A DNA stretch of 64,000 nucleotides. Source: a virus. The notes below the pieces were generated by a model. The model saw only the letters and a program-made list of their open reading frames with translations. It did no database searches and was not told the origin of the DNA. Positions 35,348 through 44,315 of the stretch are shown piece after piece. The stretch spans positions 1 to 64,000 of IMG/VR virus record IMGVR_UViG_3300023174_000084. One strand, given 5' to 3'. Positions within the stretch are counted from its first letter, which is position 1, and every line of letters begins with the position of its first letter. Position numbers and translations under genes: made by a program.

Positions 35348-36276
35348 TTAAACTCACAGTCAACCATAATTTCTGTTAAACAAGCAATCAAATTAATCTC
35401 TGCATCAGCAACAAAAGCAGCCTGATATTGATACTTAGCAAGAATTAAAACCAACTGTGGAACAGATTGTGGTTTTAACTGTTCATATAAACTGTCGTAT
35501 AGTTTACGGAAGATTCTGGCTGGATCATTGTCAAGATTGTTAGTGACCCATTTCCTGGCGGAGGCGAAGTCTTTTTCTTTGAGGGCTCGAAGTAAATCAG
35601 CAAGTTGTATATCACTAACACTAGAAAGAATATCTTTGCCAATTGAACCAGAAACTGAATGTCGTTGAAGTTCATTAAGAATTCTCCGATTATCCGGAAA
35701 ATGTTTTGTAATGATTGCAGCCACGACTTCTTTATCATATGTAATTCCTTCTTGCTGTAATATCCATTCTACTCGTTTAAAGAATTGAGATGCCATCTTT
35801 GGCTTCTGTCCGTTAATTTTAAAATCAATAACGGTGCATCGAGAATGAATCGGATCAATAATACGATTCTTAAAATTACAAGTAAAAATGAAAGAGCAAT
35901 TAGAAGCAAACTCCTCGATTGCACCACGCATTGCAGGTTGAGTTGAATTTGGATTCAGATAATCTGCTTCGTCAATGATAATGACTTTGCGGCCACCCAT
36001 CAAAGAGACCGATGAAGCATAATTTTTGATTTTGGTTCGTAAAACATCAATACCCGATTCGTCAGAACCATTGATGATAATATAATCACAACCTACTTCT
36101 TCACAGAGAGCTTTGGCGATAGTAGTTTTACCAACACCAGCCGAACCTGAAAGAAGTAGATTAGGTATTTCTTTACGATTTACATATTCTTGAAATGTGG
36201 ATTTGATTGTATCAGGTAAGATACAATCTTCCACTTTAGATGGTCGATACTTTTCGACCCATAATAAATGTTCCAT
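35344..36276 (-). CDS. gp44: clamp loader large subunit gp44
   Basis: LWVEKYRP, G.AGVGKTT, IDEAD, IHSRC. Confidence 0.96.
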   Translation of the reverse strand: MEHLLWVEKYRPSKVEDCILPDTIKSTFQEYVNRKEIPNLLLSGSAGVGKTTIAKALCEEVGCDYIIINGSDESGIDVLRTKIKNYASSVSLMGGRKVIIIDEADYLNPNSTQPAMRGAIEEFASNCSFIFTCNFKNRIIDPIHSRCTVIDFKINGQKPKMASQFFKRVEWILQQEGITYDKEVVAAIITKHFPDNRRILNELQRHSVSGSIGKDILSSVSDIQLADLLRALKEKDFASARKWVTNNLDNDPARIFRKLYDSLYEQLKPQSVPQLVLILAKYQYQAAFVADAEINLIACLTEIMVDCEFK

Positions 36277-36311
36277 TCACACACCTCATAATAAAATAAT
36301 ACAACAAAATA

Positions 36312-36503
36312 CTACTCAATTTGTCCTTGCAAGACACCAACAACATCAATCTGTGATTCTTCAACGGCAACTGAACCGTTAACTAAACTAATTGCTGTTT
36401 TATCCTTTAAGTCACCTTCTACAATTGGAAAAATAGCCACAACATATTTTGGATTAACGGCAACTTGTTTTTTTGAAACTACATCAGTGAAATAAACTAA
36501 CAT
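36312..36503 (-). CDS. small FlbD/SwrD-like protein
   Basis: VNP..V.AI...T.I.L.NG...V.ES..DV pattern. Confidence 0.45.
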   Translation of the reverse strand: MLVYFTDVVSKKQVAVNPKYVVAIFPIVEGDLKDKTAISLVNGSVAVEESQIDVVGVLQGQIE

Positions 36504-36505
36504 AA

Positions 36506-37180
36506 TTATCCTTCAAACTTAGATTCTTTGGATTCAGTTGCAACCCAATATTGAATATCAACAGACTTGTTTTTAAACGTAGCCAAACCTTTTGCAGAGA
36601 TTTCAACATCATATGCACCAGGAATCATTTTAAGATTATCGGTCAAAAATACCATCTTAAAGTTCTTGCCGTTGCCTTCACCAACTTCAATAGAATTGGT
36701 GTGTGCTGAATCATCTTTAGCGTTGAATGTGGTCAGTTTAATTGAACCACCATCAGACTCAACAGCGATGTGTGGTGATTGCAGAATAGAAGCACTCTTT
36801 AACAAATCGGAGAAATCTTCTTTAGTGAGTGTGAAAGTAACATCAACCGATGGCAAACTTAATTCTTTGTCTGGTGCGGTGACAATCATTTCTTTGGCTG
36901 TCTTACGATACTTGGTTGATTTCTTAGTACCACTTTTGAAGATGACATTTTTATCATCAAATTCAATCTCGGTATTATCAAACATAGAATGAACCGACAA
37001 GAATTGATTTAAATCATACACACAGAAATCTTGTGGAAATTCATCTTTTAGTGTGGCTTTGGCAAGAACAGTTTTGCCAGATGACATGGTACGAATTGTA
37101 TTACCTTTCTTAAACTCAATACCAGAGTTGATTGTTGCAAAATTTTTCAATACATCAAGTGTATCTTTAGTTAACTTCAT
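36506..37180 (-). CDS. gp45: sliding clamp gp45
   Basis: LKNFATINSGI, F.VYDLNQFLS, NLKMIPG.YDV, YWVA.E. Confidence 0.95.
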   Translation of the reverse strand: MKLTKDTLDVLKNFATINSGIEFKKGNTIRTMSSGKTVLAKATLKDEFPQDFCVYDLNQFLSVHSMFDNTEIEFDDKNVIFKSGTKKSTKYRKTAKEMIVTAPDKELSLPSVDVTFTLTKEDFSDLLKSASILQSPHIAVESDGGSIKLTTFNAKDDSAHTNSIEVGEGNGKNFKMVFLTDNLKMIPGAYDVEISAKGLATFKNKSVDIQYWVATESKESKFEG

Positions 37181-37209
37181 TTGATTCTCCATTATGTAAA
37201 AGTCCTTTA

Positions 37210-37238
37210 ATCATACTACATTCAAAATACATTGTCAA
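37210..37238 (-). promoter_or_regulatory. sigma70-type promoter for the gp45 operon
   Basis: TTGACA-17-TATGAT. Confidence 0.75.
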
Positions 37239-37239
37239 G

Positions 37240-37638
37240 TTATTCTTTGGAATACTTAACATCATGCTCATACAAAAACATTAGGCAACACATGGCGTGT
37301 GCTAAGTGGTGTATACCAGATTCAGGATCAACTTGTTCGCCTTGTTTCCAAGCCCAAACATGCCGTTGTAAGGCATCAAAATACCTGCGTTTAGAATCAG
37401 GCACTTTTTGCCAGTTATCTCGTTCATATTTCTGAGCACCAAAGGTTAACACTTTAACCGTTTCTTCTAGTGCGAGTGGTGGTAATAAACCATATTCTAA
37501 TTTACCACCATCAAATTTACGGCCGATAGGTAAAGGTGGATTCAATTGTAAAGATTCGGTATATTTTTTCATCTCTGGTGAAGCCAAAGCGACATTATCA
37601 TCTGTGCCACGGTTACCCATACTGTCTTGCCAGGCCAT
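37240..37638 (-). CDS. dATP/dGTP diphosphohydrolase (DUF5664-like)
   Basis: GRKFDGGK..Y.LLP, VLTFGA.KY...NW, A..RH, DPESG..HLAHA.CC. Confidence 0.85.
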   Translation of the reverse strand: MAWQDSMGNRGTDDNVALASPEMKKYTESLQLNPPLPIGRKFDGGKLEYGLLPPLALEETVKVLTFGAQKYERDNWQKVPDSKRRYFDALQRHVWAWKQGEQVDPESGIHHLAHAMCCLMFLYEHDVKYSKE

Positions 37639-37654
37639 TACATTTCTCCAAACA

Positions 37655-38164
37655 TTAATTCGTTTCTTTTAATTTAAAGGCAACAGTCACTCTTAACTCT
37701 TTACAATGCCTTGTGGGTTCTAATCCAGCGTGTAGAATCGATGAGTTAAAAAGTAAACCTGTATTTGGAATAGGAGACTGTTTATAGATATTATCATTAT
37801 TGACAAAAATAGTTTCTCCACCCCAAATATAATTCCACCAAGGATTTACATAATATAAAAAAGTTTTATATGTATCATCATTAAATTCATTATCTGTATG
37901 TAAAGATCCACACATTCCATAGGTTTGGCCATTTGCATACACTTGTATCAAATCAAACTTTTTATTAGAAAGTTTTTCAATTTTAGACAACATATTTTCT
38001 GTAAAAAAAACATCTTTGATCAGATCCATATAGAATATGGTAAATTCCTCATTACGATCAATACTGCATCCACAAAATTCCCAAGAATTTCCGTTGACTG
38101 TTTTTTTTACAACATATTCATGTTCTTCTTTTGATAAGAAGTTTGAATATTCTTTGATAAACAT
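37655..38164 (-). CDS. 2OG-Fe(II) oxygenase
   Basis: LHTD, WGGET, F.S.ILH, R.TVAF. Confidence 0.85.
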   Translation of the reverse strand: MFIKEYSNFLSKEEHEYVVKKTVNGNSWEFCGCSIDRNEEFTIFYMDLIKDVFFTENMLSKIEKLSNKKFDLIQVYANGQTYGMCGSLHTDNEFNDDTYKTFLYYVNPWWNYIWGGETIFVNNDNIYKQSPIPNTGLLFNSSILHAGLEPTRHCKELRVTVAFKLKETN

Positions 38165-38982
38165 TACATTTCACCAACAAAATTAGCCACAGCAGGCATA
38201 TCTCCTTGGAAATGATATGTACCAATATGCGATGTTCTCATCCATGGACACAACCAAATCGAACCACCAATCTTGCGCCACATCTGGCAGAACATATAAT
38301 CTTCTGATAGATAACGATCAGAACCCCCTCCAACAATAGATTCTTTTGTATCAATCACTGTATCAAAGAAAGCATGAATATAACGTGTACCATCAAAATT
38401 GGCTTGGCCAACATGGTCTGGTTTATATCGAATCATTGGATATGCTTCTTCCATCTTTGCAAAGACTTCACGTTTAATCATCATGAAGCCAGTACCAATC
38501 TCTAATACTTCTAATGGTTGTGTTACAGAAAACTGTGCGGTACCTTTAACAGGGTTAAAAACATAATCACCAGTAACTTTTTCTAAAGTCTGTGCATCAA
38601 TGTCTGGTTTTCTTTCAACGGCTTTCTTAACAGATTTCCACTTAATTGCTTTCTTTGGATAAGGACCGCCTGCAACTTCTTTGTCGAGAGCTAACAGAGC
38701 AATAACATCTTGTGGATTAAATGAAATATCAGAATCAAGAAACAACATATGAGTGCAATCTGAACGATGAATAAATTCATCTACCAAATAATTTCTTGCA
38801 CGAGTAATTAATGATTCATTGAAAAGAAATGAAAATTTAATCTGTATTCCATATTGAAAACAAATACCTTGAAGGTCTAGACAAGCTTTCATATACAGAC
38901 CGTGATTCATGCCACCATACATTGGTGTAGCCACAAACAAGCTCTTTTTTTGTAATTCTTCTTTTTTAATTGAAATTTCCAT
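38164..38982 (-). CDS. GT-A fold glycosyltransferase-like protein
   Basis: VATPMYGG, ESLITRARN, FLDSDI, GTGFMMIKR, LSEDY.FC, H.G. Confidence 0.75.
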   Translation of the reverse strand: MEISIKKEELQKKSLFVATPMYGGMNHGLYMKACLDLQGICFQYGIQIKFSFLFNESLITRARNYLVDEFIHRSDCTHMLFLDSDISFNPQDVIALLALDKEVAGGPYPKKAIKWKSVKKAVERKPDIDAQTLEKVTGDYVFNPVKGTAQFSVTQPLEVLEIGTGFMMIKREVFAKMEEAYPMIRYKPDHVGQANFDGTRYIHAFFDTVIDTKESIVGGGSDRYLSEDYMFCQMWRKIGGSIWLCPWMRTSHIGTYHFQGDMPAVANFVGEM

Positions 38983-38999
38983 TTGTTCTCCGAAAAATA

Positions 39000-39032
39000 A
39001 AAAAAAAGGGACTCCACTTCCGTGGAATCCCT
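39000..39032 (-). terminator. intrinsic terminator
   Basis: AGGGATTCCAC-GGAA-GTGGAGTCCCT hairpin followed by a U run. Confidence 0.8.
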
Positions 39033-39047
39033 AAGCGCTAGGTTCGA

Positions 39048-39317
39048 TTAACCTGCGTAAGCACGAACACCGTTAGCACGGCACTGAGCCTTGAAAGACT
39101 TGCTTGGTGTACCAAGACGGTAGAAAGTCTTTTTCTGTCCATCAACATTTTTCTTGTTTGCGTAGATGGCATAACCTTCTTGGCGCAATTCAGAAATACG
39201 AGCAGAAACGTTAGTGATACCGAAACGGCGTTGAGCTTGTTCGGTTGTAAAGGTGTTGTAACCTTGAGTTTGCATTAAAGCATTGAGCATACGCTCTTTG
39301 GCGGATAATTTAGCCAT
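39048..39317 (-). CDS. small winged-HTH DNA-binding protein
   Basis: T..QA..RFGI.N.SARISELRQEGY.I; own promoter and terminator; CGT-rich codon use. Confidence 0.7.
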   Translation of the reverse strand: MAKLSAKERMLNALMQTQGYNTFTTEQAQRRFGITNVSARISELRQEGYAIYANKKNVDGQKKTFYRLGTPSKSFKAQCRANGVRAYAG

Positions 39318-39381
39318 TTTTTAAGACTCCATATTAAAGTTAATAACAAAAATCTCGTCAACTTCTTCAACGAGTAAACAC

Positions 39382-39410
39382 ATCATATCATTATATAGTG
39401 TGTGTGTCAA
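39382..39410 (-). promoter_or_regulatory. sigma70-type promoter
   Basis: TTGACA-17-TATGAT with TGn extension. Confidence 0.8.
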
Positions 39411-39432
39411 GTATATTTGCGGTATACTTGTT

Positions 39433-40698
39433 TTATCTGCCAACTTGTGGCAAATATTTGGCCTTGGTTTCTTCCCAAGACATTTTGATTAGGTCATCAT
39501 AGAAAAGTGTTTCATATGAAACATTATTTTTTTTCTGTAATTGCCTAATACGACCCTTAGCATACTTGATTTTCCAAATATTGGCAAGGGCTTCTTCACT
39601 AGTATCAAACGACTTTACCAGTTCAGAATCGGTAATTTCTTTACGGAGAAATTCATTGGTATTATTATAGAGTGGACTAAAATAGATACCACGTTGATGT
39701 TCGGTGCGGATTAATTCTTTTGGTATTTGTAACTTGGAATATGCAAAATTTAATGAACGATTTTTGTGGTCACGTTTGAGTGGAAGACCTTGTTGATTTT
39801 TGGCATCCCACCATTCAAAATATTTACGAGTATGATTTTCTTTAATCCAATCAAACACCAATTTTTTGGTGGCTCTCGTTGGTTCAAATGCAACTGAACC
39901 TGATGAGAATCCCATTTGATTCCAATGTTCAAGTCCATCATATTGAGATAATCCACCAGCTTTAGTTTTGCCATATAATGATGTTGTGGTAACACCAACT
40001 AGTGTATCGCCATATTGCCGTTTCCAATCTTTCTGAACTGTATCAGATAAACACATCAATGCCAACAATTTACCACCCATGTAATTAAAACCAAGTGGCT
40101 GTAATGGAACGATTGTAGAACCGATTGCGGTGTGATTAATCATGTGTTGTTGTGTTTTGACATCTCGTGACCATCCGATTGCGTTATCTCTCGGAGTCAA
40201 GTCCAGGAAGTCTGAGGAGATGCATATCACACCAAGATATTTTTTTGTTACCTCATCGGTAAGAATATAAAATAGATTACGGCCAATGTTAGAATTGTTT
40301 TTCATTGTAGATGAGAATGTGCGAATGGCATTCCATCTTTCTGCTTCAGGTCCATTTGATAAAACCATAACAGGTTTTAGTTTTTCAAAATCATCAGGAT
40401 CTTTTGGCATCCAAAAATTTCTTTTGACTTCATTAATCATTTCTTCTTGTTCGGGATACACCATTTGTAATTCTTCACCAAACAACGTAGATACCTCATG
40501 GACAGGATATCTTTCTTTAATTTCACACCATTTTTGATACAAAGTATATTCACGAACATCCATTTGAGAAGCATAGGTTAAATCCTCAATGAGGACTTTC
40601 TTCATATGTTCTTCATCAATATGTTCAAAAGAACTGGTAGGATTTTTTTCTTGCCAGTCTTGCCATTGTTTTTCTACAAATTCAATCGGTGTTGCCAT
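39433..40698 (-). CDS. DUF4338/DruA-like protein, paralog 2 (putative GNAT/Mom-like transferase)
   Basis: IGRNL, PRD..IGW, IVPLQPLGFNYMGGKLLA, TTTSLYG, SQYDG, HQRGIYF. Confidence 0.72.
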   Translation of the reverse strand: MATPIEFVEKQWQDWQEKNPTSSFEHIDEEHMKKVLIEDLTYASQMDVREYTLYQKWCEIKERYPVHEVSTLFGEELQMVYPEQEEMINEVKRNFWMPKDPDDFEKLKPVMVLSNGPEAERWNAIRTFSSTMKNNSNIGRNLFYILTDEVTKKYLGVICISSDFLDLTPRDNAIGWSRDVKTQQHMINHTAIGSTIVPLQPLGFNYMGGKLLALMCLSDTVQKDWKRQYGDTLVGVTTTSLYGKTKAGGLSQYDGLEHWNQMGFSSGSVAFEPTRATKKLVFDWIKENHTRKYFEWWDAKNQQGLPLKRDHKNRSLNFAYSKLQIPKELIRTEHQRGIYFSPLYNNTNEFLRKEITDSELVKSFDTSEEALANIWKIKYAKGRIRQLQKKNNVSYETLFYDDLIKMSWEETKAKYLPQVGR

Positions 40699-41309
40699 TA
40701 TTTTTTAAGCTTACTCAAGTTTTTTTTCATTTTGCCAACCATCTTAAAGAGTTTATCTCTTTTTTTCATGGCCATTTGAAATGCTAAAGGTTTAACACGA
40801 CTAGTATACACGATTCCATTCATGTGGTCAAGCTCGTGGAGAAAACAACGAGCGGATATGCCAGTCAATTTGGTATTTCTAATTTGGCCATTAAAGTCTT
40901 GGTACTCCACCATAATCTCTTTTGGCCTACCGATTCGTAATGATAATAATGGATAAGAAAGGCATCCTTCTTCCATTAAAATCATTTCATCTGATAAAGA
41001 AATAACTTTTGGATTAAAGAATGCCACATATTCATCACCAGCACCCATTACAAATACTCTGTGTTTAAAACCACATTGATTGGCAGATAGTCCAAGGCCT
41101 TTGTTTAACTTACAAGTTTCAATCAATGAAGAAGCAAACTCCGCCGGATTAACCGGCGGATTGGCAAAATCAAATTCTGGCAAATACTTTCGAAGTATAG
41201 TATCATTTTCAGGTACTAAATCAAAAATTGGTATACGCTCTTCTACCGCATAGCTAAGACCTTTTAATGTATCTTCCGTATTAAATTTAATTATTGCATC
41301 ATCTTGCAT
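40698..41309 (-). CDS. def: peptide deformylase
   Basis: GLGLSANQ, EGCLS, HELDH; likely start MQDD. Confidence 0.92.
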   Translation of the reverse strand: MQDDAIIKFNTEDTLKGLSYAVEERIPIFDLVPENDTILRKYLPEFDFANPPVNPAEFASSLIETCKLNKGLGLSANQCGFKHRVFVMGAGDEYVAFFNPKVISLSDEMILMEEGCLSYPLLSLRIGRPKEIMVEYQDFNGQIRNTKLTGISARCFLHELDHMNGIVYTSRVKPLAFQMAMKKRDKLFKMVGKMKKNLSKLKK

Positions 41310-42471
41310 ATTCTTCTTCCTCATCTTCTTCATCAAATAATTCTTCTTCATCGGCTGAATTGAAGAAAGCACTTAATCCTTGCGTAACAAGATAATTATC
41401 ACTAATCTTTTCATCGTTCTTTCCAAAAATAATTAATTTGTCCATATCTTCACAAATATCTTCAATTTGTGATGGAACACATCCATATAATTTAACTCTA
41501 TCATTATATGATTTTGCGTTACCATAGTATATGGTACTAATTTTGTTAAGATATTCAAACCACAATTTTTTAAATTTTAGTATAGATTCTAAATAACATT
41601 TTTGTAAATTGTATCCGTCTAGTTTTGAAACATAAATGACTAAACGAACTTCTTTACCAGGTTTTTGCTGAGCCAATTCGGCAGCCGCAAAAAAAGCTTT
41701 GATTGGTGAAGATGAAGCATATGGTAAGTAAATAACTTTTTCGGTTTCTATGTAGTTTTTATCTTTCAACCAAGAACCAACTTCTTTTCTTGAAGCCCAA
41801 GAAATTGGTAATAGACCGGAACTTTGAATAGCATTTTGGTGATGAAAAATTCGCCAAGATAAATCGCTACGTTTTTTACCGGTAAATTTTCCTTTTCCAC
41901 ATACTTTATTGATCCAATTAAAAATTGCGTCATAATTTAATTCTAAAGTACCTTTATTGATATGTTTATTTGCATTGTCAATAATATCGATCAGTTTCGT
42001 TAATCCCGCAGGAGCATTATCATCACCTGAGTTCAAACGCAAACCGTAATCAACTTCTTCTTCATCAGAAATATCAACAATAACACAAATACGGTTCTTG
42101 AAGTTTTTTTCAGATAAAATTTTATCTTTTGTTCGTCCATCAAGCAATTTAAATTTTCCACCTGGAATGCGTTTTACAAAAATTAATTTTTCATATAGAC
42201 GGTAACCATTTTCTAACAAATCGGTTTTTAATTCTGCATATCGGTCATTCAAACCGTTAGCTCTAACAGGTTGTGAACTGCCATAACCATCACGAACAAT
42301 TAAATCTGCATCAATTATATCAATATCGATAAATTTTAGAGATTTAAATTCAATGTTGGTGTAATATTGTGGAAAAGCAGACTTGCGAATAAGACTCTTT
42401 GCAGTTGCTAAGTTTTCTTTAGAAAATTGTCCGTTTTTTTTGATTGGTACAATAAGCTCTTTTGATTTCAT
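41299..42471 (-). CDS. ParB/Srx-like domain protein
   Basis: LK.DLLENG...IFV......LLDGRT pattern; own promoter. Confidence 0.5.
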   Translation of the reverse strand: MKSKELIVPIKKNGQFSKENLATAKSLIRKSAFPQYYTNIEFKSLKFIDIDIIDADLIVRDGYGSSQPVRANGLNDRYAELKTDLLENGYRLYEKLIFVKRIPGGKFKLLDGRTKDKILSEKNFKNRICVIVDISDEEEVDYGLRLNSGDDNAPAGLTKLIDIIDNANKHINKGTLELNYDAIFNWINKVCGKGKFTGKKRSDLSWRIFHHQNAIQSSGLLPISWASRKEVGSWLKDKNYIETEKVIYLPYASSSPIKAFFAAAELAQQKPGKEVRLVIYVSKLDGYNLQKCYLESILKFKKLWFEYLNKISTIYYGNAKSYNDRVKLYGCVPSQIEDICEDMDKLIIFGKNDEKISDNYLVTQGLSAFFNSADEEELFDEEDEEEEYAR

Positions 42472-42553
42472 AATAATTTCCTTTGTTTAAAGTTAAGTAA
42501 TTTTTAAATACTTACTCATGTTTAGTGAGTAAAAGGTTTTAACCTTTATGTGA

Positions 42554-42582
42554 ATTATAAAATATTGTAATAACTAAGGCAA
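42554..42582 (-). promoter_or_regulatory. sigma70-type promoter
   Basis: TTGCCT-17-TATAAT. Confidence 0.6.
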
Positions 42583-42599
42583 GAGATATTGTGGTAAAC

Positions 42600-44315
42600 T
42601 TATTTTTCTACCTGGCTAAAGTTGTTGACTTTTTTGAATTTAATTATACTTCTAAATTTATCAAATAACTGGTCACCCTTATGGGATATAACAAAAATGT
42701 TTGTATCATTTCCCATCTCATGAATTAACTTCAAAAACTCCTCTGTGCCAACACCATCTAGTGAAGAATCAAATACTTCATCAAGAATCAATAGATTAGT
42801 ATTGGTACTATTCTTTAGCTTGGCAATCTGTCGCCATGTAAACAATAGAGCCAAATCAATCCGCATCTTTTCACCTTCTGAGAAGTTGGCATAACTAAAC
42901 TCATCACGGTGCCTTGATTTAATTGTTTCTTCAAATGATTCATTGATATTAAAGTTCACAAAGAAATCCATGGCAGTCAAATACTTATTAATCAGTTTGT
43001 TCATGATAGGTAAGTATTGACGAATGATTTTGGTTTTAATGCCAGTATCTTTTAATAGATTACCTGCAAACTCATAATATTGTTTTTCGGTTGCAAGTTC
43101 TTCTTGTTTGGCAATCAATGCAGCCAATTTAGTTTTGAGTTCCTTTAATTTGGCATTTTCTTCTTCTAAATTATCTTTACGATTGGATAACTCAACAATT
43201 TCACCATTTAATTTATTGATAAAATTGTTTATGGCTGTAATGGTAGAATTGTGTTTTACAACTTCGTTACTGTGTGACTGTATGTGTTGAATTATTTTTT
43301 GTATTGCATCAATTCTATCACTTGTTTCAGCAATCTGTTTAGCAATATCGGTTAGTGCATCATTGACTTCAACCTTGGTGTTGTTCAATGTGATGATTTG
43401 TCCTTCTCTAAACTCTTGGTCAATACCTTGTTTACAAGTAGGACAATCACCATTATCGTGATAGAATACAACCTCTTTCTCAATCTTTTTCAAACGAGAT
43501 TCTAGTTTAGATTCTAACTGAACCAATTTGCCACTCTTTTTCTGCATGGCCATTTGATCCGAAATCTTACTATTCAATACATCAATATGTTTTTGTATCA
43601 AACCAATGTCTTTGGTTAATTGTTTGATTTGTTCTTCCGAATCAACAATCTCTTTTTGTTTCTTTTCAATTTCGGCATCATTGTGTTTCTTGTGTTCTTC
43701 AATGCTTTGTTTCTGAAAATTAATTTTCTCAGAAGTTAAATCCATTTCGTATTTGTTTTTGGTGGAGGTATCTTTAATGATGGCCATCTTCTCTTTAACC
43801 ACACCATTCATAGATGAAAAGATTTGAATGTCTAATAAGTCCTCAATGATTGCTCGTCTATCGGATGGAGATAACTGCATGAAAGGAACAAACGAAGCCG
43901 AACCAAGAATTACCACTTGAGTGAATGATTTATAGTTTAGTTTGAGAATAAACTTCTCTAGGTGTTCCTGATAGTCTTTTGCTTTGGCATCTTGGTCGAC
44001 CAACTGGCCATTGCAATACACTTCAAATGTATTTGGTTTGATGCCACGAATTACTTTGTATTGTTTTTTGCCAATAGAAAATTCAATCTCAACAACACAA
44101 TCAGATTGATTAATAGAGTTTGGTAACTGTGGTTTGTTAATCTTACGAAATGGTTTACCAAAAAGGCCAAAACATAAGGCATCAAGAATTGTTGATTTGC
44201 CTGCACCATTATTGCCAATGATGAGTGTGTTTGGTGATTTGGTTAGATTGATTTCAGTAAAATTTAATCCTGTTGAAAGAAAATTTTTCCAACGGACCTT
44301 TTCAAATATAATCAT
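42600..44315 (-). CDS. gp46: gp46 recombination ATPase (Rad50/SbcC-like)
   Basis: G.NGAGKST, CPTC zinc hook, FSEGEKMRID, LDEVFD, ISH. Confidence 0.97.
   Translation of the reverse strand: MIIFEKVRWKNFLSTGLNFTEINLTKSPNTLIIGNNGAGKSTILDALCFGLFGKPFRKINKPQLPNSINQSDCVVEIEFSIGKKQYKVIRGIKPNTFEVYCNGQLVDQDAKAKDYQEHLEKFILKLNYKSFTQVVILGSASFVPFMQLSPSDRRAIIEDLLDIQIFSSMNGVVKEKMAIIKDTSTKNKYEMDLTSEKINFQKQSIEEHKKHNDAEIEKKQKEIVDSEEQIKQLTKDIGLIQKHIDVLNSKISDQMAMQKKSGKLVQLESKLESRLKKIEKEVVFYHDNGDCPTCKQGIDQEFREGQIITLNNTKVEVNDALTDIAKQIAETSDRIDAIQKIIQHIQSHSNEVVKHNSTITAINNFINKLNGEIVELSNRKDNLEEENAKLKELKTKLAALIAKQEELATEKQYYEFAGNLLKDTGIKTKIIRQYLPIMNKLINKYLTAMDFFVNFNINESFEETIKSRHRDEFSYANFSEGEKMRIDLALLFTWRQIAKLKNSTNTNLLILDEVFDSSLDGVGTEEFLKLIHEMGNDTNIFVISHKGDQLFDKFRSIIKFKKVNNFSQVEK

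Noticed and set aside
37240-37638. Z-genome (2-aminoadenine) pathway
   Set aside because: No purZ in the window; the hydrolase alone is not enough evidence.
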